The notes: generated by a model from the letters alone, not told the origin. A DNA stretch of 64,000 bases from Basidiobolus meristosporus CBS 931.73 (GCA_002104905.1 MCFE01000448.1:1-64000); one strand, 5' to 3'. Shown: positions 52,429 through 64,000, counted from the first letter of the stretch. Program-made: numbers and translations.

Positions 52429-54262
52429 AGGCTATATTATTGTCCATGTGGTGCCAATCTAGGTTATATACAGTGGCAAAGGCTAGAACACTCCTGATGG
52501 AGTTAGGTTTGGCTACCAGAGCAAATACTTTGTTAATTACAAGTCCCTGGATCTGGAAAAAGCCACTAGTCATTAATCTAGCTTCATACTTATAAACAGT
52601 ACTATTTGAGGCTATTTGCTCTTGAAGAGCTGTCTGCATCCTGCTGGCTTTCTTCCATTTGGTAAATCCATCTGTCCCAACATTTTTACATCAATCAGTG
52701 ATTGGTACTCCTCCTGCATGGCTTGTTGCAGTATAATAGCATCAGTACCTTGCATTACCTGTTACAGATTCTGAGGTTTGGCACATAAGACAAGATAAGC
52801 TTCAGAATTATTGGATTTCTGCCACCAGGATCCAGGAGCCTTTCTTATTCTGGTAGATCTCCTAACTGGGAGAATATGCTCTGATCTGAAGCAGGTAGAA
52901 GTTTCCTCCATTTCTGCTGATTTAGCTATTTTTTGTCTTCATTTCTATTGATTTCATCATCAAGCAGCTGACCAATGATCTTAAAGGCTTTCTGATCTGA
53001 AGTCTCCACATTTACAGAGTCCCTAGTGTTGATCAGCTTCTTTGTTTTGTCATTGTACACTTTATACCCTTCAGTAACTTCACAGCACCCAGAAAGATCT
53101 ATTTTCTACTCTTTAGTACCAACCTTGAGTGTGCTTTGTCAGAGATGTGACAGAAAGCAACCTGCCAAAGATCCTCAGGTGCTTGAGGTCTGGTTATTGG
53201 CCTGTGTATGCTTCAAAGGGTGAAGAATCATGTATTACTGCTGCTGGGCATCCATTCTTGACATATACTGTATTAGTCACAGATTCCGCCCAGAACTTGT
53301 AGTCCATTCCCTTATTGTATAATATAGATCTTCCAATCTCTACTATTATTCCATTTGCACATTCTGATGCTCTATTTTGCTGAGGAGTGTATGGAACAGT
53401 ACTTTGTTGAAGTAAACCAGTATTCAAGCAGTATTTTGCAAATTCCTAGGGCGGTGTGGTAGGGTAAACATACCTCCCACAGACAAGTTTATTCATATAG
53501 TCATTATGATATACTTATCCATATTTTATCTTATCAGTATTATCCCATTCTTCTTTTGCCCATATTATCAGTATTATCCCCATATGATGTTTACCCTGAT
53601 TAGTTATTAGCATTAGTTATCCCAGATGTTATTTAGCTTTGTGATCAGTAGATGTATCTATATAAGGCAAGTACCCGCGTCAGTACCCGTGACACATGAC
53701 CTAGGTCTGTGTTACCATCCCTACCATTTCAATACCATATATGGTATTTCTATGTTGCACAGGTTTCAGACTACTGATTCCTGATTGGTTGAGAGTGCTG
53801 TGCCTTTTAGAACCTTCCAGGACATTCTTAGCATATTTTTAGCTCATAGTGATGTCATCAAGAATTCCACTGATACCTAGAATCTTCTAGAACCTTGTCA
53901 TTAGTAATCACTTGGCAATCAGGAAAAGTATTTAAGGGAAAGCAATCCCTCATCAATAAATCATCCCTTCTATCAGTAACACTTCTACCTTATTGATTAG
54001 CAGTTGATCACTGCACCTGCCTTCAACAGTACATCTCAGACCTGCCATCAAGGAGCTTTTCAGGGTAGTGCACAAGACACACAGAGGCCTTTGGAGACAC
54101 TTGGAGCACCTAGGAAGCTAGAGAAGCAGGAGCTTTTACCATAGTGACATATTGACAAAGACACCAGCAGTTTAGACACAGAGGTTATTGCACCCATCAG
54201 ACACCTCACACACCTTGAGTTGTGTAGCTTCTCCAAGGAGTACCTCTACACCACCACATATT

Positions 54263-54279
54263 TGGCACCCAACGTGGGG
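54263..54279 (+). other. Primer-binding site for tRNA-Lys(CUU)
   Basis: TGGCACCCAACGTGGGG is the known Lys1,2 PBS TGGCGCCCAACGTGGGG with one CG>CA change, 4 nt after the 5' LTR. Confidence 0.8.
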
Positions 54280-54332
54280 GGTTTGACTGAACTGCCCCTA
54301 GAAGACTTAAGAAAGAACAAATTATCAAGACC

Positions 54333-56189
54333 ATGGATCTACCTTTACCAGGAATGCAAGGAACTCCTTTCTTTGATGGAACCAAAGTTAAAGCTTTCAT
54401 CAAGAGGTGGGAGCTTTTCTGCAGAGCCCACAAAATACCTGAGGCCATTATGGCTGAAGAGATGCCCCCCTACAGCACTGATGAGATCATGCTCTCATTA
54501 TATGAAAGAAATGATCTGCTGACAAATTGGACCCTCTTGAAGAGCTACTTGATTGATGAATATGGAGAGAGACAAGTTGACTACACACTTCAAGACTTGG
54601 AGAACTTTGCTTATAGCAAGTTTAAGCAGCTACCATTGAAAGAATACTTGAGTGGCCTTGAGCAAATTGGAGAGTCACTGACAGCCCAAGGCATTATCAC
54701 TGATCTGACTTTATCTGCCTATCTGCTCAGAGCACTACCAGAAGGCCTGGTGAGAAGGATTGAAAACAATCCTACTGTGAAAGCTATGAGTTCACTGCCT
54801 GCATTTCAGTTAGCTAAGCAGATTCTACTTGCCCCTGAAGAAACCTCACCAATCAGAAAGCTTCTTTCAAGCCCAGAACAAAACCAAGATAGCCAAGACA
54901 TACTTAATCCCAGCAATCAAAGCACTCAAATTCAGGAGCTGACACAGCAACTAGAGAAACTCTCTTTGCTACTTGCCAGCAAAGCATATGGTCAGAAGCC
55001 AGTAGAGAAAGAAGTCAAATATACATGCATGTGGTGTGACTCTGCCAACCATTCCAAGAGAAATTGCCAAGAGCTTCAGTCATTACTATCCACAGGTGAT
55101 GTCCTATATAGTCCTCAGGGATACATAGTCAGTAAGCATGGTGACAAATTATCCACAGCATTTGGACAAGGAGGAATGAGAGTTCACTACAAGCAAGTCA
55201 CCTCTCAAACAAGAAAGGTTCACCTCCATGAAGAAGAAGATCCTGACTACTTTGATCCAGCTGAAGTTCTGAACTTTGACTATGAGGACCCCAGAGAGGC
55301 CCAAGATCATATAGCTTCAATTTATGCTTCAAAGAGACACCATCCTGAAAAAATGGCTAATCCAGGCCCAGCAACAAAAGTACCAAGATGTGAGCCAGAA
55401 GTTGTGATTGAGAAGAAAGCATCACCCCCATTAATTTTACAAGAGTCTGCCAAGGCCAACAACTACCACATGCAGCCTAGAGTCAAGCAAAAGGGTACCC
55501 CAGAGGCTCTGACAAGTCATATACTAGGAAGCAACATATCAATCAAGGTTGGAGAGCTACTCAGTGTATCACCATCTGTAAGAAAGACTCTGGATGAGCA
55601 TATCAGAATAAGAAAGCATCCAATTGAAGCAACTCAAGGCAACCAGGTCAGGACAGTTCAAGGAAGCCAAGATATCAGTAAGCTGCATCAAAGCCAGAAA
55701 CACTACTACTCAGTGGCAACTGCAACAACTACAGGAACTGTGCATAATCAAGAAATCCTATGTCATATAGACAGTGGATCTGAGATATGTGTGATGCCTT
55801 TGGAGGCTTGGAAACAACTACCATGCAAAGACCTATTGCCCATAGACACCAATATCAATTGGAGCATGAAGGATGCCAACTCAGGGCAATCAAAGCTTTT
55901 AGGAATTATTCACAGCTTCCCTCTCATCATTGAAGGAATACCCCATGAGATCCCAGTATTCATTTGTGCAAAGGCTAACTTTGAATTACTTCTTGGAAGA
56001 CCATGGGAGGTAAAAGCAAGAGCAACTGCAGTGAACTACCCAGATGGCTCAGCATGGTATACTATATACTCAGAGAGCCCAGGACTAACAGCAACCTTCT
56101 GTGGTGTGGACTCAAACAATATCCGATCAATGACATCATGTAGATTTCTATCTCAAGAAAGGACAGGTGGCTTCATTGAGGAAGACTGA
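54333..56189 (+). CDS. Gag (CCHC zinc knuckle) plus aspartic protease, 618 aa, intact
   Basis: CMWCDSANHSKRNC is CX2CX4HX4C. The protease has ILCHIDSGSEICV and a C-terminal FELLLGRPW. The ORF stops 79 nt before the 3' LTR. Confidence 0.9.
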   Translation: MDLPLPGMQGTPFFDGTKVKAFIKRWELFCRAHKIPEAIMAEEMPPYSTDEIMLSLYERNDLLTNWTLLKSYLIDEYGERQVDYTLQDLENFAYSKFKQLPLKEYLSGLEQIGESLTAQGIITDLTLSAYLLRALPEGLVRRIENNPTVKAMSSLPAFQLAKQILLAPEETSPIRKLLSSPEQNQDSQDILNPSNQSTQIQELTQQLEKLSLLLASKAYGQKPVEKEVKYTCMWCDSANHSKRNCQELQSLLSTGDVLYSPQGYIVSKHGDKLSTAFGQGGMRVHYKQVTSQTRKVHLHEEEDPDYFDPAEVLNFDYEDPREAQDHIASIYASKRHHPEKMANPGPATKVPRCEPEVVIEKKASPPLILQESAKANNYHMQPRVKQKGTPEALTSHILGSNISIKVGELLSVSPSVRKTLDEHIRIRKHPIEATQGNQVRTVQGSQDISKLHQSQKHYYSVATATTTGTVHNQEILCHIDSGSEICVMPLEAWKQLPCKDLLPIDTNINWSMKDANSGQSKLLGIIHSFPLIIEGIPHEIPVFICAKANFELLLGRPWEVKARATAVNYPDGSAWYTIYSESPGLTATFCGVDSNNIRSMTSCRFLSQERTGGFIEED

Positions 56190-58467
56190 GAGAGCACTTT
56201 GTTCTCCAAACTTACAGTGGTTAGCTAAAAAGTTCCCTGAAACTTTTTAGCTCAAGTGGGGGGTGGATGTGGTAGGGTAAACATACCTCCCACAGACAAG
56301 TTTATTCATATAGTCATTATGATATACTTATCCATATTTTATCTTATCAGTATTATCCCATTCTTCTTTTGCCCATATTATCAGTATTATCCCCATATGA
56401 TGTTTACCCTGATTAGTTATTAGCATTAGTTATCCCAGATGTTATTTAGCTTTGTGATCAGTAGATGTATCTATATAAGGCAAGTACCCGCGTCAGTACC
56501 CGTGACACATGACCTAGGTCTGTGTTACCATCCCTACCATTTCAATACCATATATGGTATTTCTATGTTGCACAGGTTTCAGACTACTGATTCCTGATTG
56601 GTTGAGAGTGCTGTGCCTTTTAGAACCTTCCAGGACATTCTTAGCATATTTTTAGCTCATAGTGATGTCATCAAGAATTCCACTGATACCTAGAATCTTC
56701 TAGAACCTTGTCATTAGTAATCACTTGGCAATCAGGAAAAGTATTTAAGGGAAAGCAATCCCTCATCAATAAATCATCCCTTCTATCAGTAACACTTCTA
56801 CCTTATTGATTAGCAGTTGATCACTGCACCTGCCTTCAACAGTACATCTCAGACCTGCCATCAAGGAGCTTTTCAGGGTAGTGCACAAGACACACAGAGG
56901 CCTTTGGAGACACTTGGAGCACCTAGGAAGCTAGAGAAGCAGGAGCTTTTACCATAGTGACATATTGACAAAGACACCAGCAGTTTAGACACAGAGGTTA
57001 TTGCACCCATCAGACACCTCACACACCTTGAGTTGTGTAGCTTCTCCAAGGAGTACCTCTACACCACCACAGCGGTATCCCTCTTCATTTTCACTTTGAA
57101 GTACCTTCAATTTACATACAGTTTGTGGTTCTGCTTTACTCTTGAAGTGCTTGTTCATCTCTACGGCCTCAACCTTTCTCTTGAGGAAGTACATCTAAGC
57201 AAATACTGTCTTCTCATCAATAAATGTTATAAAATATTTCTTGGCTGCAAAGCAGAGTGTTCTCATGGGCCCATATATATTGGAGTGCACAATATCCAGC
57301 ATTCTGGTGATATTGATGCCTTCTGAGCTCCTGAAGTGTTGCTTAACTTGCTTGCCATATGAAAATCCCTTACTGACACTCAATTTAATTGTAATTCCAC
57401 AGTTAGGGCACATTGAAACTGGTAGATAATGTGATCTCTGATTCCCATAGCTAATTTTTGTCCATTTTAATGCAATGTTGAGTAGCTTAGCTTAGTCAAA
57501 ATAAGCTTCAGTCCCTGAGTAGTTGCTTTATTGACTGAGAATAGTTTCTTAACTATTCTAAGAACATAGAGCATGTCAGTTGGTTTGCTGTTGTCACCCT
57601 TGAGATATCACACCTATTTGTGAGCCTTTCTGAGCTAAATTAAGCATTATCTTCAGTTTTCTCTGCTTGATTATTACATGTGAGTTTCTCATGAAGAAGT
57701 CTTCCTTGGATATAGTTCAGCATCAGTTTGTGTCCTCTACTTTCAAAAGAAAGTATTGGTGGCCCATACTTGCCTGGTAAGCTGCAAAGCAGACAAAGTG
57801 TCTCTTCTTTGTCATCTTCACCAGCATTAATACTGTTTAATACTTCTGCAAGTGTCTCCATCCTGGTATTCAGTTGTAGCACTTCATCATCCAGCTTCTT
57901 CCTCATATTAAAGAGCTTTTGCCTTAATTAAAGCTTCTTGACACTGACTCTGCTCTAAGAGTCTTCTCTAAGAACTCCCAAGTAGCTTTGGCAGTATTTG
58001 AAGCACAAATTTGTGCAATGACAGAATCTTGCTCTGTGATACATATGGCATTAATGGCCTTTGTATTCTCCTCAGGAAACTACTCAATCTACTATGCTGC
58101 TTCATTGTGCTCAACTTCTCTTCCAGTTACCATATTCCATAACTATTTTTTGTCAAGGTGGGTCTGCATCTTGATTCTCCAAAGTCAGCAGTTCTTCCCA
58201 TCAAACCTCTCCTTTACAGGGAAGATGTTTATGTTGTTCAAGATCATAGATCAGAAAGAATGTGGCAAAGTTAGAGCTGCAAATAAGTCCTACAGTGACT
58301 AAGATTAGTCTTTGTTGGTTAAGTGAGCTTTTAGCTGCTGGATGATGCCAAACAGTCTAATATCTTGACAGTTCACACTTTTAATTAGACCAAGTATACA
58401 TCTATACTCATGGATATATTCTTGGACCATTCCTTTCTGTCAAAGTGATGTCTGCTGGTGTGGACGC

Positions 58468-59271
58468 TGTGGTAGGGTAAACATACCTCCCACAGACAAG
58501 TTTATTCATATAGTCATTATGATATACTTATCCATATTTTATCTTATCAGTATTATCCCATTCTTCTTTTGCCTATGTTATCAGTATTATCCCTATATGA
58601 TGTTTACCCTAATTAGTTATTAGCATTAGTTATCCCAGATGTTATTCAGCTTTGTGATCAGTATATGTATCTACATAAGGCAAGTACCAGTGTCAGTACC
58701 CGTGACACATGACCTAGGTCTGTGTTACCATCCCTACCATTTCAATACCATATATGGTATTTCTATGTTGCACAGGTTTCAGACTACTGATTCCTGATTG
58801 GTTGAATGTGCTGTGCCTTTTAGAACCTTCCAGGACATTCTTGGTATATTTTTAGCTCATAGTGATGTCATCAAGAATTCCACTGATACCTAGAATCTTC
58901 TAGAACCTTGTCATTAGTAATCAATTGGCAATCAGGAAAAGTATTCAAGGGAAAGCATTCCCTCATCAATAAATCATCCCTTCTATCAGTAACACTTCCA
59001 CCTTATTGATTAGCAGTTGATCACTGCACCTGCCTTCAACAGTACATCTCAGACCTGTCATCAAGGAGCTTTTTAAGGTAGCGCACAAGACACACAGAGG
59101 CCTTTGGAGACACTAGGAACACCTAAGAAGCTAGTGAAGCAGGAGCTTTTACCATAGTGGCATATTGACAAACACACCAGCAGTTTAGACACAGAGGGCA
59201 TTGCACCCATCAGACACCTCACACACCTTGAGTTGTGTAGCTTCTCCCAGGAGTACCTCTACACCACCAAA
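58468..59271 (+). repeat. Solo LTR, family 3 (same family as 53455-57071), TSD ACGC/ATGC
   Basis: An 804-bp homologue with scattered substitutions. The flanks are ACGC (58464-58467) and ATGC (59272-59275). Confidence 0.88.
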
Positions 59272-59446
59272 ATGCTCAATTACATCCTAAATTTCCAACA
59301 TAAACTTATCCATGGTAGATAGTAAAGCATAATATCCTGGAGGAGGACTTGATCTTGTTGTGTCAACACCATAAGGCTACATCTGCCAAATAAGATAATG
59401 GTATTCCATAATGAAGGTTGTGGCTAATGACTCATTGGATTGCATC

Positions 59447-62400
59447 TGTTACAAGTCTTGGCATAAGAGTTGTAGTGGAATAGGGAGTTTAGTTAGTGTT
59501 ATATTCACTAAAACTTAAATTGGTTTTTATTGAGGTTCCAGCAGTTCCTTATATACACTTTGCCAGATCAATTGCCGACTAATTGTAACTCCTAATGTAG
59601 GCTGTGGCCAATGACTCATCTGATTGCATCATCATCACCCAACAAAATTCTATTTAATATATCTATTTCTGTCTGATAAGAATCTGCTGATTCATTTGCT
59701 GGCTAATGCTAGTGATTTGATAGATAATACTGATATACTGATAAGATAAACATATAAACAAATGCTTTGACTAAGAACTAACATTAACATTCAAGCAGTA
59801 GATCATAACATACTCCCCTAACAATGTTGAGAGGGTCCTCCTGAATCTCTTTTCTTGTGATACCAATATCCTGATGGTTCAGTATTATCAGCAAGTCTTG
59901 CAAGCTTCAGTCTGTCCCTATGCACTAAGTCTTCCTGGATATTGCCTTGTTTGTCCACCAGCTGGTAAATTGCAAATGGACATTCTCTGATGATCTTGAA
60001 TGGTCCTGTCCATTATGGCTTAAACTTCTTCCAAGTGTTGTTTCTCAGCAATACAAAGTTCCCAACTGTTAATGCCTCTGATGCCATAGTCTTTGCTTCA
60101 TCTTTTCTGCATTTTGAGATACTTTGGTCTGTGCCTCTTGACATCTTTGTTACAGAAGCTGGTGTCTACTTGGCTCACTTAGTTCATCTTCTAAGGTGTC
60201 TGTAAGCTCTGGTTGTGTGAGATCTCCTGGAATCCTTGGTTCACATCCAAACACCAAGTAAGATGGCAATTGTTGGGTGGTGTTGTGTACTCTGACTCTG
60301 CATGCAAAGAGTGCTTGGTCTATATACTCATCCCATCTACTGACAACTCCATTTGCATACTTGGTCAGCATTTTCCAAATAATTCATTTAACCACTCAGT
60401 AACTCCTTTAGTTCTGGGGTGATATGCCAAGGTTTTCAAGTGTTTGATCTGCTGCATTTCTATGTAAGCTTCCAATGTCTTTGCCATAAATTTGCACCAC
60501 TATCAGGCAGAATCTCTACAGGGCATCCAAGCTTCATAGGGATCTCATGGTAGATGAAACTTGCAACTTCTTGCTCACTGGCTATAGGTGCAGCTTTAGC
60601 CACTGGCCTTTTGGTGGTATGGTCTATTGCAACCAGGATTCAACAGGTGTATTTCCTGGTAGTTGGCAGTGTCCAATAAAGTCAATTACCCATCTCTCAA
60701 ATGGTCTTATGGGCTCCAAGGGAAAGAGTTCAGCAATTCTCTAAGCAATTCACTCCATCTAGTCATTCTTCTAAAGAGTACCTTCTGAATAAATATACTT
60801 GAGGGAGGCATAATCAGTCTTGTCAGTGCATTTAACGTCTTCAATAAAGCATCTCCATGTCTTCAAGCAGTGTATTATAGCAAGCATCTCCTTCTCATGC
60901 ACTGGATGGTTTTGTTCCGCTGAGTTCAGTTTCTTGGACTCAAAGGCAACTGGGTAGTCCTTTCCCTTGTTTTCTTGGCACAACACTTGACCAATTGCAT
61001 AATCTGAAGCATCTGTGCACAAAATAAACTCTTTTCTGAAGTCAGGTAATCTTAAGCTTAGCAGCTTAGCAAGTTCACTCTTGACCACCTGGAAGGTAGT
61101 CTCACCAGCTATGTCCCACTTGTAGGTATTGTTCTTCTTGAGGATATCAGTTAAAGGGGCTGCAATACTTTCAAAGGACTTGACAAATCTCCAATAATAG
61201 GAAACCATTCCCAGCAATGATCTGGCTCTATTATGCTATAGGACTGCTTCAGAATCTTGATAAGCTCAACTTTCTTAGGGTCTAAAGTCACTCCTGTGCT
61301 TGTCTCTATGTGTCCCAGATATGCAACATGTTCCTTGAAGAACTTGTACTTGGCTAGCTTGCCATATAGCTTGTTCTCTCTTAGCTTCTTCAAGACCATT
61401 TCAATGTGCACCTTGTGATCCTTTTCTGTCTTGATGTATATCAATATGTCACCTGGGTAGATTATCACAAACTTGTCAAAGTTCTCCTGGAAGTCAGTCT
61501 GCATAAGAGCCATGAATGTTGCAGGGGCATTGGTAAGACCAAACTCATGACTAAGTACTTGTAATGTCATATCTAGACATACTCTTGAACTATCCCTTTC
61601 TGTTCAAGAGTCTTCAATATTCCTCTTAGAAGAGTCTGCTGCTGTGGGGTTCTAAAGCATCCGGAGCGTCCAACACAGACTCATCCCAGGTAGAGATTGT
61701 GAAGAATCCCATCATGTTGGCAAACATGATCTTGTTGTGGTACCACAGTAAAGCTGCATCCACCTGGTAACAGACTTGACAATGTAACTTGCTTTCTGGA
61801 GCAATTCCCTTGACCTTGAAAGCTTCTTCAATCTGGAGGAACCAAGTTTTCAGGTTTTCATTGACTCTACCATGGTAGCAGTTGACCTTCACACTAAAGT
61901 TGATCTTGACAGGGTTTTGCTGGCTTTGGGCTACGGTAGTTGTTCCTTGTTGCTACTGACTAAGGATTTGGTGTAACAGTTGCTGCTGGGACAGGATTTG
62001 TTGCATGGCATTCTTCCATTCTTGGTTTCTGGCCATCTTGAGGGAGGCTTCTTCTTTCTTCAGGAGGGATGTTTCTGGTTATTGCTGCTACCAATGTTAC
62101 AAGTGTTGGTATAAGAGTTGTAGAGGAACAGGGAGTTTAGCTAGTATTGTACTTGCCAAACCTTGAACTGACTTTTATTGAGGTACCAGCATCTCCTTAT
62201 ATACATTTTACCAGATCCAATGCTTACTAATTGTATTTCCTAATGTAGGCTGTGGATGGTGACTCATTTGATTGCATCATCATCACCCAATAAGATTCTA
62301 TTTAACGTATCTATTTTTGTCTGATAAGGATTTGCTGATTCATTTACTGGCTAATGCTACTGATTTGACAGATAATACTGATATACTGATAAGCAAAACA

Positions 62401-62458
62401 TATAACTAATTGATCTAACTAAGAACTAAATTAAACATTCCAGCAGTAGATCATAACA
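59447..62458 (-). mobile_element. Internally deleted, decayed Ty3/gypsy element with family-2 LTRs (62095-62458 and 59447-59810), TSD CATC/TATC
   Basis: PBS TGGTAGCAGC (tRNA-iMet-like) at 62084-62093 and PPT TTAGGGGAGTA at 59811-59821. It carries gag (LKTWFLQIE), RT (FGLTNAPATF, IIYPGDILIY), RH (LCTDASDYAIG...EKEMLAI) and IN (WDEYIDQALFA) remnants. Confidence 0.88.
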
Positions 62459-64000
62459 TATCATTAGCACCCAATAAGATTTTATTTAGCATATTTGCAT
62501 CTGTTTGATAAAGATCTGGTCTTATTAGCACTGAAACACTGGGTACAGTTCACCAGACTTTTGTGGGCCCATGAGAATGCCAATCTTGGAGCCAAGAGAA
62601 ATTTTGGGACATTTGTTGAAAACCTGACAAGATATATATGGGTGTGCTTCCTAAGGACAAAAGATGAAGCTTTGGAGATGCTCAAGCACTTCAAGAGCTT
62701 GGTAGAACCATAAACAGCATGCAAATTAAGGATTCTTTGAAGAGACAATGGATGATAGTACCATTCTAAGGAGTTGGCAATATACTACACAACTGCCGGT
62801 ATACTTTGACATGTTGCTTTCCAACATACTCCAAAGCAAAATGGAGTAGTACAATGTGCATATTTGGCAATCCAAGTGATGGGAAGATGTGATCCTCATA
62901 ATACAGGTATAGACCGCAGGTTTTGGCTGAATTTGTGGCTATTGCAATATACATGAAGAATAGATGCCCATTAACAGCTCTGCATGAACCAACTTCCTTT
63001 TGAGCATGTACAGGTAAAAAATTAGACCTCTAGAGCCCCTGGATCTTTAAAGTGATGTTTTCTAGCACATCCCTGACACAAAAACTTCAAGCGGCAACTA
63101 CAATGTCAAGAAGGGACCTATGATTGCAATTGTCCAGATATCAAAGGGTACCAACTGTGTAGTGACAGAATTCAGAAGCGGATCAAGACCAGGAACACTG
63201 TATTTGAGGAAAATTCAGATTGCAATGCCATTAAAATCATTGACCAGCTATCCAATGATGCAATCACCACCCAATGCAGTTAAATATGGAAGAACTTCTG
63301 CTAGTTCCAGATCAGAACATGTTATCTTAGTACAGAGATATACCAGGGTTAGGGATGCTCCGGATCTTGATGGTAGACATCCAATGACCATCAAGAAGCT
63401 TATATTGCATATGTGCTAAACCTCAGAATCTTGAGCAGGCAATGCACAATCTAGTGCTACTTTGAAGCAACAAGCTGCAAAAGAGGAGTACCATTCACTA
63501 ATCAAGGCAACACATGGGAATTGGTCCATTGGGTAAGTGCAAGAAAGCTAATAGAATGTAGATGGATCCACAAGGTCAGGCTAGCCCCATAGAGCCCCAT
63601 TATATGTGTAAAGCTCAATTAGTAGCTAAAGTGTATTGTCAGGTCTTGGAACTTGACATTGGGGAAACATCTGCTTTTGTAGCCAGTTCTCAGTTAGGTC
63701 AATTTCTAGCCCTGGCAGCTTTTCACAGTCTAAATCTCCACCAAGTGGCTATGAAAACATTCTCTCTAAATAAGGACATGTACAAGTCTATATGAATGGG
63801 GCAACCAGAAGGTTTTGCTGATCCAAAAGGCCTCCATAAGGTGTGCAGATGTATTTCATCATTATATGGGCCTAAGCAAGCACTAAGAGCTTGATATAAA
63901 ATGATTAACACATATCTAGAAGATATTGGGTTTCTCTACAACACTGCAGATCACAGTTAACAAGTGATATATCTCAAAAAGGGAATGATTGTCTGGGTAC
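62459..64000 (+). mobile_element. Decayed Ty1/copia integrase-RT fragment (probably continuous with 58371-58467 and 59272-59446)
   Basis: RYIWVCFLRTKDEAL, QHTPKQNGV, AQLVAKVYCQ and SLYGPKQA remnants. It runs off the window. Confidence 0.7.

Larger units (their letters stand above)
53455..57071 (+). mobile_element. Very young non-autonomous LTR retrotransposon (3617 bp) encoding only Gag-protease (TR-GAG-like), 4-bp TSD GCGG
   Basis: 804-bp LTRs at 53455-54258 and 56268-57071 that look identical, with TGTGGT...ACCACA ends and GCGG on both sides. It has a PBS, a PPT and a single intact ORF, with no RT, RH or IN. Confidence 0.93.
50340..58370 (-). mobile_element. Decayed Ty1/copia element with short LTRs (~58235-58370 and ~50340-50476), carrying three nested insertions
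   Basis: On the minus strand: gag 58200-57600, integrase 57430-57075 continuing at 53450-53100 (PYTPQQNRASECAN, FWAESV), RT ~52640-51300, RH ~51250-50480, and PPT GTGGAGGGGGAG next to the 3' LTR. The LTR inner ends are approximate. Confidence 0.75.
20950..64000. other. CpG-depleted transposon nest (heterochromatin-like block)
   Basis: CG dinucleotides nearly vanish after ~21.0 kb while TG and CA are abundant. Almost all recognisable sequence is TE-derived. Confidence 0.9.

Noticed and set aside
20950-64000. Classical Neurospora-type RIP (CpA>TpA) as the cause of TE decay
   Set aside because: CA and TG are plentiful while CG is missing, and the informative paired differences are at CpG.

Overview
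Eukaryotic, most likely fungal, genomic DNA in two sharply different halves. Short GT-AG introns with CTAAC-type branch points and the gene set suggest an early-diverging fungus; this is an inference. Bases 1 to ~20,900 are CpG-rich and gene-bearing. They hold the 5' part of a gene with an N-terminal KTYGKR (Pds5-interaction-like) motif running off the left edge, a Ran1/Pat1/Sks1-family kinase, a spliced Sororin-like gene (KEN box, FGF motif, C-terminal YFKEVDAFQLEEE), a small secreted protein, Rab11/Ypt31, a Num1/Mcp5/ApsA-like PH protein with a CC1-box-like motif, and an ankyrin+DIL protein. Bases ~20,950 to 64,000 are an AT-richer, almost CpG-free nest of transposons. They hold many decayed CACTA/EnSpm (Tnp2-type) fragments, three long fold-back MITEs (two with 3-bp AWT target duplications), several Ty1/copia and Ty3/gypsy elements, and solo LTRs of at least three families. 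One very young 3.6-kb non-autonomous element has LTRs that look identical and an intact gag-protease-only ORF with essentially no CpG. Coordinates and splice models were worked out by hand. No database searches were run, and TE fragment boundaries are approximate unless a TSD is given.
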